DNA of 52,215 bases. Origin: Catajapyx aquilonaris. Lineage: Eukaryota. Positions 38,948 through 48,779 of the stretch are shown here, one piece after another. Under the pieces are notes generated by a model, which had not been told where the DNA came from, did no database searches, and was given only the letters and a program-made list of their open reading frames with translations. The stretch is taken from NCBI GenBank assembly GCA_000934665.2, contig KZ538710.1, positions 1 through 52,215 on the forward strand, in the 5' to 3' direction. Made by a program: the position numbers and the translations under genes. Numbering within the stretch: the stretch's first letter is position 1; each line of letters starts with the position of its first letter.

Positions 38948-39481
38948 ATGGGGATGAAGAGGGTACCGGAGACCCTGGACCTTCTTCTGGTTCGGGAGGT
39001 GGCTGGACCGGTGAGGCCATACCCGCCGACCATGGAGGCTGAGATGAACGCGACTAGGAACGCGTCTGAGACTGACTCTGGAGATGTGATGGCGCTCCTT
39101 TGGGATGCCGAGGCCAGTACAATAGCCCTGGTGTGTCTGTATGCCCTGGTGTTTCTGGTTGGCCTGGTCGGGAATGTGCTGGTGGTGCTGGCTCTCGGAC
39201 GATGCAACGCTGGTGCTTTGCCGGTACGGAACAACCTGCTGGTCAACCTCTGCGTGGCTGACCTCCTGGTGACCCTCGTTTGCGTGCCAGTCTCGGTCAC
39301 ATCCGTCCTCTGGAAGGCATGGCTTCTTGGAGAGACCGTCTGCAAAGCGGCTGCGTACCTCCAGAGCGTACCGGTGGCTGCCAGTACCCTCTCGCTCATG
39401 ATGCTGAGTCTGGACCGGTACGCCGCCATCAGGCATCCAGGACGGCTCTTCTGGCGACAAAGGCAGCTGGTGGCTTCCAAG
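38948..39481 (+). CDS. Class A peptide GPCR (orexin/allatotropin-receptor-like), coding exon 1: N-terminus, TM1-TM3, DRY
   Basis: GLVGNVLVV (TM1), NLCVADLLVTLVCVP (TM2), WLLGETVCK, YLQSV and SLDRYAAIRHP; N-glycosylation sequons NAT/NAS; donor AAG|GTGGGT, phase 0. Alternative start at 39032 (ACCATGG). Confidence 0.92.
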
Positions 39482-39574
39482 GTGGGTATCCCCTGTAATG
39501 CAGGCCACCAGTAGGGAAGAAGAGTCGAAAGTGTTGCCCTGGATAGTCAGGATAAGCTCTCTGAATGGCTGGTA

Positions 39575-39738
39575 CAGTACTGGCCAATAATCGAGGCAAC
39601 GACTAGCGACATTTTCCCGAAGCGGCAGAAGAAGGAATCGAAGATAAGCATGCTACAAGCCGGGCGAGCAAGATTCCTTCTTCTGCCGCTTCGGGAAAAT
39701 GTCGCTATAGTCGTTGCCTCGATTATTGGCCAGTACTG
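39575..39738. mobile_element. 164-bp Tc1-type fold-back MITE in GPCR intron 1
   Basis: TA|CAGTACTGGCCAATAATCGAGGCAACGAC...GAAGAAGGAATC mirrored almost perfectly by GATTCCTTCTTC...GATTATTGGCCAGTACTG|TA. Confidence 0.9.
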
Positions 39739-39883
39739 TACTGTTTACTTGTCCAACGTCGTACTGCTAGCGACATCTTGTTCTTAATTTGTATGAGATG
39801 AGTTTGTTTACACTTACGCAACTGGTAACCCACCAGAAGGGAAATATTTTCCCACCAGTATTTCTAAATTCCATACAAAAACT

Positions 39884-39961
39884 AGCAGGGGGCGGGGCTA
39901 ATTATGGTTGGCAAGGACGCAAGCCACCTCCCAAAACCCATAAGTTAGCTTACCCCTACTG
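39884..39961 (+). mobile_element. Solo right arm of the MITE family seen at 50428-52076
   Basis: AGGGGGCGGGGCTAATTATGGTTGGCAAGGAC.CAAGCCACCTCCCAAAACCCATAAGTTAGCTTACCCCTACTG|TA, near-identical to 52001-52076. Confidence 0.85.
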
Positions 39962-39984
39962 TAGTCACGTTCAGTCGAAAATTA

Positions 39985-40166
39985 GGATAGGAAAGGAAGG
40001 AGGCGGCTGTGGCCTACTAATTACGGAAACAACTCCGGAATTATCCTGGAGGAACCGTGGGAAACCACAGAAAACCACGGTTAGAGTTGCCGGCACCGGG
40101 ATTCGAACCCAGGACCTCCCGATTAGCAGTCGGATACCATATCCCCTCGACCACAACTGCTTCGGT
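39985..40166 (-). mobile_element. tRNA-derived SINE with Deu/Nin-like core, 17-bp TSD
   Basis: Minus strand: A box TGGTCGAGGGG, B box GGTTCGAATCC, tRNA-like arm CCGACTGCTAATCGG, and core GGTTTTCTGTGGTTTCCCAC..CCAGGATAATTCCGG..AGGCCACAGCCGCCTCCTTCC. TSD CGTTCAGTCGAAAATTA at 39968-39984 and 40167-40183. Confidence 0.9.
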
Positions 40167-40217
40167 CGTTCAGTCGAAAATTAAACAATTTGTATGTATA
40201 TTTTTGTCATGTTTCAG

Positions 40218-40706
40218 GCCATAATATGTATGGTGTGGACAGCGGCTGCGTTGGTGTCGGGTCCCATCCTGTATGTGCGACAGGTGGTGGTGAAGGGTGG
40301 CCCCGGGTCGGCCCCGGAGGTCCCCCTGTGCCTTGAAGAGTGGAGCTCCGGAGACTTGAAGTTGGCGTACAGCCTGAGCTACCTTCTGGTGGTGTACGTG
40401 ATCCCCTGCCTGACAGTGGCCGTCTGTCACGTGTCCGTCGGATACAAGCTGTGCTCTGCCAACCTGGTGGCTGCGCAGGAGAGGTCCAGCAAGATGCAGC
40501 AGCTCATCAAGCCAAAGCAGGTCATCATCGTAGCGCAGGACCAGGCCACGGACACAAGGGCCAGGAAGATCATCCCGTACGACGCGGACAACAGGCAGGA
40601 CTCGGACGACGACCAGGACGGGTTCCTTCAGATGCAGATACAAGCAGACATAGACACTCTCAGACGGTCTGCAGCCAGGGCAAACCGGAAGCAGAAAACC
40701 AGGCCG
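40218..40706 (+). CDS. Class A peptide GPCR, coding exon 2: TM4, ECL2, TM5, first part of ICL3
   Basis: Acceptor TTTCAG|GCC; IICMVWTAAALVSGP (TM4), LCLEEW (ECL2 Cys), YLLVVYVIP (TM5); donor CCG|GTAAGC, phase 0. Confidence 0.92.
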
Positions 40707-40713
40707 GTAAGCC

Positions 40714-41297
40714 CACGTAACGTATACGTAACGGACACTCTCTATGCACACGTAACGTATACGTAACATACGTATTGTATACGTAACATACGTATTATAT
40801 ACGTAACATACGTATTGTACACGCAACGTATACGTAACATGCGTATTGTACACGTATCGTAGACGTAACATACGTAACGTATACGTAACATACGTAACGT
40901 ATACGTAACATACGTATTGTACACATAACGTAGACGTAACATACATCAATGTGCACGTAACGTTTACTAACATAGGGTACGTATAATTATACGTAACATA
41001 CGCGGCTTTTAGATAACATACGTGGCTGTTACGTAACTCACTGGTACGTAATTTATACGTAACATACGCAATGTAAATAACTTACGTAACATACGTAATG
41101 TAAATAACTTACGTAACATACGTAATGTATGTACGTAGCGTATACCGTGCGTGTACCGTATTGTAACGAATGTACGTATCACAACGTATAGTAACATACA
41201 GTATAATGTATACGTGCACGTAACATCGTAATGTATATACGGTACGTCACGTATACGTAGCATACGTAATGACTGTATACATGACGTATACGTAACA
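40714..41297. repeat. TACGTA/ACATACGTAACGTAT low-complexity minisatellite filling GPCR intron 2
   Basis: Dozens of TACGTA/GTATAC palindromic cores from just after the donor to the polypyrimidine tract. Confidence 0.92.
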
Positions 41298-41323
41298 GTT
41301 GGTTTTTTTTCCACACTGGACAG

Positions 41324-41992
41324 GGTTTCCTGGGGACGAGACGTCCTCGTCCTCCGGTGCTGCGCGCGACCCGTCACGAAAAGAGCATAATCCGTGCGCA
41401 CCGGAAGCTGCGTCGTCGGCAGCAGATGCAGGTGCAGCAACTGCAGTTGCAGCAGCAACACAGGCCGTCCCTGCTCAAGACGTACAGCAACCAGTCGTTC
41501 CGCAGTCGACGTCGGTTGGCCAACCTCCTGGTGGTCCTGGTCGTTGTCTTCGTCACCTGCTGGCTTCCGTACATTGTGGTGTCGCTCTGGGAGGACCTTG
41601 CCCCCGAGTCGCCCACGGCCTCGGCCCTGCTGCCCTTCGCACTCTTCCTGGGCCACGCGCATTCGGCCATCAACCCAGTGGTCTACTGGCTACTCAACCG
41701 CAGCTTCCTCCTGCAGCTGCAGCGTCTCTTGGCCTGCAGGCTCCTCCAGCGGTTCTGCTGCTGTTGCACCTGCTGCAGCTGCAGGCGGTGCAGGGCCAGG
41801 GGCGGACTCTGCCCTTATCTGCGCCACTGCCTGCCATCCGCTCCGTGGACTAAAGTGCCGCACGTCTGGAGGCGAAACTCGTCAACAAACGAGGCTGCGC
41901 TTGGGCCATTCCACCCAAAGTACCTAGGGCATCACAGGAACAACTTCCAGCTTGAACACCACTCCAAATGCACCTCACACTTCCTCCGATAG
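41324..41992 (+). CDS. Class A peptide GPCR, coding exon 3: rest of ICL3, TM6, TM7, Cys-rich C-tail, stop
   Basis: Acceptor TTTTTTTTCCACACTGGACAG|GGT, in frame with ORF 41357-41992; RRRLANLLVVLVVVFVTCWLPY (TM6), HSAINPVVY (NPxxY); TAG at 41990-41992. Confidence 0.92.
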   Translation, partial: GFLGTRRPRPPVLRATRHEKSIIRAHRKLRRRQQMQVQQLQLQQQHRPSLLKTYSNQSFRSRRRLANLLVVLVVVFVTCWLPYIVVSLWEDLAPESPTASALLPFALFLGHAHSAINPVVYWLLNRSFLLQLQRLLACRLLQRFCCCCTCCSCRRCRARGGLCPYLRHCLPSAPWTKVPHVWRRNSSTNEAALGPFHPKYLGHHRNNFQLEHHSKCTSHFLR

Positions 41993-42005
41993 CGACAGGG
42001 GACTC

Positions 42006-42225
42006 AAAGACGGGTTTATACTGCGTACTGCTTCTGCGCAGGATGCGTACTGCGCACCATGTCCACGCAGGATATGCGCTGCGTGTAGGCTCTGCGCAGA
42101 ATGGCCTGCGCATGGGTTGCACTGCGCATACCATCTGCGCATGGTTTGCATTGCGCACATGTTCTGCGCAGGGTGTTCTGCAAATGTTTGTGTCAAACTT
42201 TTGAGCCAAGTATAAACCCGTCTTT
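42006..42225. mobile_element. MITE with 17-bp perfect TIRs and internal TGCGCA array, just downstream of the GPCR stop codon
   Basis: AAAGACGGGTTTATACT (42006-42022) / AGTATAAACCCGTCTTT (42209-42225). TIR style resembles PIF/Harbinger; no clear TSD. Confidence 0.7.
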
Positions 42226-43194
42226 TGTGCATCTCCACCCGGGCACGACGGACTAATTAACCAGTGAAACAATGGTGAAAATAATTAAATGGCGATAATG
42301 AGACCCAGTGGACAGTGTAAGTGTCATTTCCGTGCGTTTTTTTTTGTAGTGAAAGTTGTGACTTATTAATTTTTAAAACAGTTTCCTCTCATTTATAGTC
42401 GGATTCGTTTTGCATTTTTCTACTGTACGTTTAGACAACTTTTAGTGAGAAATGTGCTGCAGGTTTTTTTTTGGAGTTACGTAGCCTACAAGATGTTTCA
42501 AAAGCTCATGCTGACTTTTGCGGTAAGTATGTTGTGCCGGGGTATGGCTTATTGCGACAAATTACATCAATGTAAAAAAAAATGTGGTCTATTTTGTACA
42601 ACAAACTATTGCTTACACCTGTAATTTATTAACACCAGTCTTAATAACCAGCCAAAGAAAACTGCTAAATGCTTTTTTTTTTCGCAAAAAGTCTGGGCCA
42701 TAAATATTCAGCAAACAAATATTGGAAAAACAATTACACAAATCAAAGGGCGCGAATTCCCTCCCCCTCACAACACGTAATGAAACACGTCCGAGTTTGG
42801 CAAATTTCCATGGATATTAGTTGCCAAATTGTCTATTGCACAGTCTAATTAACCCCCCATTAAGCATTCATTTGTGTGGACGCTGGAACCAGATTAGGGG
42901 ATTCAGCGGACTGCAAAAAAAAAAAAAAAAACATTGGACACACAACAACAAAAAAGTTGCCCAATAGCAAAGGATAGTTATCATCAACATTAGACCAATC
43001 AGTGGAGAATAATTTGCAATTAATTTTAAAATTTGCAAATTCCATTTTTTTTTGTTAGTAAGAGAGATAATTATTATTGGGAAATACTTTCACTATAGAT
43101 TAATTTTTTTACAAACGAAACCGATTGCGCACCCACACTCGCGCAGCTCCATTGTTCTGACAACAGCGTTGCCAGAGTGATTCCCCATGGGCCT

Positions 43195-43720
43195 ATTAAT
43201 AAATTAATAATTAATAAAGTAAATATATTAATAATTGGTCGATTAATTAATTAACTAATAAATAAAAATCAATTAAATAAATGCATAAATTAAATCAATT
43301 AATAAATGCACAAATAAAATCAATATATTTACTAATTAATGAATGAATAAATAAAATCAATTAAATAAATGAATTGATTTATTAATTAGCTAATAAATGA
43401 AATCAATTAAATAAATGAATTGATTTATTAATTAGCTAATAAATGAAATCAATTAAATAAATGAATTGATTTATTAATTAGCTAATAAATGAAATCAATT
43501 AATAAATTGATTACTTAAATTAAATAAATTAAATAAATAAAAAATAAAATCAATTTAATTCACTTAATTAATAAATTAATTACACCAATGAATCAATAAT
43601 TAGATAAATAAATCAATACGGTAAATAAATCTCATCAGTTAAATCGATAATTTAATTTGATTGATTAATTGGTTCGTTATTTTAATTAATTGAATAATTA
43701 CTTAAATTATATAGATAAAT
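43195..43720. repeat. AT-rich low-complexity tract with ~46-bp triplication
   Basis: AATAAATGAAATCAATTAAATAAATGAATTGATTTATTAATTAGCT repeated around 43350-43500. Confidence 0.85.
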
Positions 43721-43744
43721 TATGTGAAATTAGGTGAAGTTATA

Positions 43745-43925
43745 GTTCCAGCGCCTTGGCAGCGTCGCAAATGTCTGCCATATTGTTTTCTTCCAAGCGT
43801 AGCGTTGGAAATAAGTGCAGCGCAGTTTACCCGCTATACAAAGATCTGACCAAATTGACCAAATATCATTGGTAATGCCAACCGTGCAATCTGCGCGAAC
43901 TGTGGTGCGCACTCGGTTGGGCTCG
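43745..43925 (+). repeat. Dispersed repeat (family of 21209 / 22490)
   Basis: TTGGCAGCGTCGCAAATG..CCATATTGTT..GCGTAGCGTTGGAAATAA..GCGCGAACTGTGGTGCGCAC. Confidence 0.7.
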
Positions 43926-44634
43926 TTAAAAATATTATCCATCAACGTTAGACCAATCAGGAACGATGATATTAATTTAAAAATTGCAAATTCTCGTCAT
44001 TTTCTTGCTGGTAAGAGCTAATATTGTTGAGGGAAATATTAACCCCAAAAAATCAGTCCTGGAAATACGTACACAGGTAAGGATTTTTTTTTAATGGTCT
44101 AATTAGGTACTGGCCGCAGAGAAACTTTGTAAAGCTGTAACATCAGGTGTGGAAATGCGATAAGAGCACTCTTTAAGCTGTCGAAAATCCTGCAAAACTT
44201 TTTAAGTCATTCCCTTTGGTTGGTTAAAATATTTTCAAACCAAGTCCCTTATCTGCACCTAGTTTCGAGATCGTTAGTTGTAACTGCGCACCATTCATCA
44301 AACCGGTTGGGACCTGCGACCAACAGGATATCCGACCTCTCATCTGCCAGGTCCACCCTTTTTTTTGTGGGGGGGGGGGGGGTGGGCTTTTAACAAAATT
44401 CGGGGGAGGGTGGTCGAATGAGTGATGAGATAGTTGCAGAATAGGATATAGAGAGGGCCCTCCCTGACATCAGGCTCGTCTAAATTACAGGAGGGGTTAC
44501 AAGCACCAGTTACAGCCATCAATAACATGTAATTGCCACACACACAAAAAAAAGCTTCACACACACACACACACTAATTATTCACACTCGTATACGTCCT
44601 CATTTTTGGTGAAGTCAAATGAGTATGGATCACG

Positions 44635-44916
44635 AGGCTGGCGGCCATCTTGAAGTGTGGGGAACACCAACGAGGTATAAATAGGGTACAGGCAAAAATA
44701 GGGTCCGCCATCTTTGATGGTTTTGGCGGCCATGGCAACTACACGGCAAAGAACACGCGCGAATCGAAGATGGCGGACCCTATTTTTGCCTGTACCCTAT
44801 TTATACCTCGTTGGCGTTCCCCACACTTCAAAATGGCCGCCAGCCTTGGCAACGCCCCTAAACAGAGAGACGCGGAAATCGAATGTTTGAGCCTCTCATG
44901 TAGTATATGCTACCTG
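44635..44916. mobile_element. Left-truncated copy of the fold-back element at 50566-51952
   Basis: Near-identical to 51679-51952, including the ~90-bp palindromic arms and the right terminus ATGTAGTATATGCT(A/C)CCTG. Confidence 0.9.
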
Positions 44917-46619
44917 GTGGGACAATCTTTTTGATTGTCATAGTACACATATACGCAATCAGCACAATTATCACTCCGTCTACTCAACAAATTTTTTTTT
45001 CTTGAAAAATGAAACATTTTATTGCAGATAACTTTCAACTGTTAGGAACCGAAGAGTAGCTAAGTTATGTGCCAAAAAAATATATATTTAAAAAAAAACA
45101 AAGACTGAGAGTTTCGACTAAATAAAGTTAGCAATATTTTTGGTCACAAAATAGCGGCAAAAGGTGATATAAAAAACCAGAAAAATGGTTTCTATTTGGT
45201 CACCAACTCTATTATTGTACTGTGTATATCTATTAGACTAACTCTATTTTTCAGACACATCTGTGGTCGCCAAAATGTTAAACTTGATTATATATATGCG
45301 TGTTGAATTCCCCCGCCTATTGTACAGTAAAAGACATTCTATCTTGTAAATGTTTTATATCGTAACCTAAAATAATAAATTTTTTTGTAAAAAAAAAGAG
45401 GGCTATATATACACGTTTTGTTCGTTCCAGCAAACCCTTGACATTTAATCCAATTAAGCCAGAGAGAAAAAAATAATAAGTTATGGCAGATATTAATTTC
45501 TGCAGATGAAAGTACGTCATAAAATGATCGATTTAATGAGCGCCAGTGACGTCATAGACATTAATGGCGCATTTGATCGTTAGTACCCATAAATTGTGGT
45601 TCATTTAAAAAATATAGACATTGCAATCAATAAATTGCGAAACACTTCTTTTTCAGAAAATAAACGTTGCAACAATAGGTGAGAACAGGTGAGAAAATAT
45701 TTGCAAAAAAAAATAACAATATTCTGTTTGGAAAAATCAATAAATTTGATATCAAATCAATATGCAAATATTACAAAGCACGTCAGTCCAATTTTAGTGC
45801 TTAACTATTCATTAATAATAAGCCATTTGAACATTCTAAAAATATTAATATTCGCTGCTAATATATTAGTTGGAAACTCCGCACACTTTTACAGCCAAAA
45901 TCCTCAAAAATTCGAAACAGACAGGGACGTATTTTTTTTTAAGGTCACTAGTTCAGGGTCTAATTACTTCCCCTACGAAATCATCTAATGTGAAGCATTA
46001 ACGAGAAGGGGGGGAAAAAAACAGATTTTTCCATCCAACTAAAGTAATTATTGTCAGCAACCACTTGAACATGTTGCCTCATTTTTGGCTACAAAAAAAT
46101 GGGTTAATGCAGTTTAGCACTATGCTAGATGACTATCTCTATATAGTACAGATGCGCCTTGGTGTATTAAATAATAAAAAACCCTTTTAACTCCACCCAC
46201 TATTTTTCCCCCTCCAGTTTTGTGTGTGTGAGAGAAGAAAGAACAAAAAAAGTGTGAGAATTTTTCACCTCCAGCTCTCTCCAGCATATGTACTAATGCA
46301 CCATTCTTGTCGGTCGCTTCAGGCCATTTTCCATTTTCGCATTATAATTTTGGGCTTCAGCAGTATATAGTGCACATTCGCGGAAATATTCTGCTCAGTA
46401 CTGCACCTTTCACTTTTGTGCAAAAAAAGGAGGCAAAACCGCTTTTGAAAGGCAGTTAATTGAGCTGGGACACGTACAGTGGCCGCACAATAATTAATTA
46501 TTATTTTAATACTACAGTATTACCACTCTTACACTCATTTATGCGTGAAAAAGTCGTTAAAATATCTTCATGCATTTAAAAAAAATCTCGTCACCAATAC
46601 ACGATAAAGGCGCAAAAAT

Positions 46620-46889
46620 ATCACGTAATTATTAATTTAATTATTTAATTGCTATGGCTGCAATGCATGTTAAAATAAAATTGACGAATAACAATTGTCA
46701 TTAACTGTTAATTATTATGCTATTATTGGCTACAATAAAGCATGATAAAGTAAAATTTGCGATTTTATTTGCGAGTTACTGACAACAAGGTATGGTCAAA
46801 TAAAATGGGCGAACAATTATTACTAAATTTCAATCACTGTTAATTACTATTTTGTTACAGGCTCTAAGGCATGATAAAATAAAATTGGA

Positions 46890-46955
<66 letters not shown>

Positions 46956-47340
46956 GCTGTTACTTATTATGTTATGATTGGCTACAAAAGCATGGCAAAA
47001 TAAAATGGGCGAATAACTACTACCGTATTTTATTCCTATTAATTGCTATTATATTACTGGCTGCAAGGCATGGCAAAATTAAAATGGCGAATAATTTCTA
47101 TTTCTATTAATTATTAGGCCTACTGTATTACTGGATATACAAGGCAGCACAGTGAAATAAAATGGACCAATCCTTATTATTTCATTGCTGTTAATAAATT
47201 ATCGTGTCGTTATTAGCTACAATGCATGATAAGGATTTGAGAATATTATTATATTATATTGCTAGTAATTCTTATTTTATTGCTATTATTATTTTATTAC
47301 TGTCTACAAGGCACGGTGAAATAAAAATAGCCTAATAACT
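46620..47340 (+). repeat. Diverged ~60-75 bp AT-rich tandem repeat with embedded (TTA)n at ~46890-46955
   Basis: Recurrent GGCT(A/G)CAAGGCATG..AAAATAAAAT(G/T)GGCGAATAA motif. Confidence 0.75.
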
Positions 47341-48779
47341 AATAACAACTCAACTGAAAAGCACCAGTCTAAAAGAACAGACGAAACAAGTCTTGCAGAA
47401 AACGTCGTTTTCTTCCTTCTTTCTCCCAGAAAACACTATATAAAGATAGAGGAAAATGCCAAAAGCCCCGTTTATTCCTGCTGCTTGGCTCCAGCACACA
47501 GAGAGTCTGAGAGAGGCTTTCATCTGGGGGGGTTAGAATCAATAAGGAATGGGGGGGGGGGTCCCTTTCCCCAGGTAAGTTGCAGAGGATGTCAAGAAGT
47601 CCAGAGAGGAGTCCTCCTAATACATACAGCAGCAGCAAGAGGAATGGACTCAAAGGACCCCCCTTCCATCCCCGAAAATTCAAGAGAGAGAGATAGAGAG
47701 AGTCGAGTGGTCCCTATGTGTGATGATGATGAGAAAGACGACCGATTTCAAAAGGGGAATTGCAGAAGCTTTGGGAACAATTTCATATTAGTTCCACTTC
47801 AGCGTAGTTCAAGACCCTTTTGTGCCACCGCTTTTCATTGTCCAGGAGACTAATTCGCTAATGTATATGGTGCATAATCGCACATTTCCCGGTTTTCTGA
47901 TCTGCAGCCTTTGAAATTCGCCGCCATGTGACTTTAACCCATCGTTAAGACGAACATCGGTTAAGAAGAAGAAGACAAATATTCCAGGTAATCTCCACCA
48001 GTACTTCACCGAAAATTGGATTGAAAAAATAATTCCCGCTCCTATTTTTTTCGCATCCGGTGTGCAAAAAACCTATTTGCGAAAAGCCAGGAATAGAAAG
48101 GATCCCTTTACCTTTTGAACCTTCTCTTTTCAACTGCAGTCATCTCTCACCTGATGAGATTTTACAGCTTCCGATGCTGCCCCCCTCTTATTCTCGTGCC
48201 CCCAACAACCCCTCTTGAATTATCCCTTTATCTGCACTAAGCCTGAGTAGAAAAAAAACTATTTGTGAATAGAAAGTTTTCACCATAGATAAGTTCCTAA
48301 AGAATTGAGCTCGTCACACGAAACCTGGTAAAAAAAAATAATAATGAAGTTTTACTCTCCTGAAACTTGATTATTAGCTTCAAAATAAAACTAATGAGTC
48401 GTAGGGTTTTAAAGGTTGAAGTGTGTGCTTTTCTCCCTCCCACTTTTCAGTGCAGAAAATGGAGAATGATATACCATTACTTTCTGGCGATAAAAGTTTA
48501 ACCCCCCTTTTGAATCTCGGGGGCGCTCCCGACAATTTTTCCAGTAATAAAACCTGGAAACTGCCAGCCATCCTGAAAAAACGAGCAGACTTGATGAAGT
48601 TAATCCAAAAAAGGTGTTGTTGGACTTAGCTAATCGCAAATTCAGCAAATTTTGCACTAAAATACAATTATCAGATAATTTCATTTTATACAGTATATTA
48701 ATTTTTCCTCTTTGACAAAGTCACACTGGAAAAAGACCCAAGGTCTTGAACGGGCTATGAAATTACTGTAATCAGTTCT

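Noticed and set aside
38657..39508. 283-aa antisense ORF over GPCR exon 1
   Set aside because: Expected shadow ORF of a GC3-rich coding exon; no recognisable features.
40090..40166. Possible tRNA-Ser(GCT) gene on the minus strand
   Set aside because: No proper acceptor stem or long variable arm; it is the head of a TSD-flanked SINE.
40170..41927. Long alternative-frame and antisense ORFs over exons 2-3 and the TACGTA intron
   Set aside because: Explained by GC-rich codon usage and low-complexity repeats; only one frame has 7TM motifs.
2120..48170. CTGATGA motifs as possible hammerhead ribozyme cores (e.g. ~2140 minus, ~8234, ~48152)
   Set aside because: None is followed by a stem II and GAAA core at suitable spacing.
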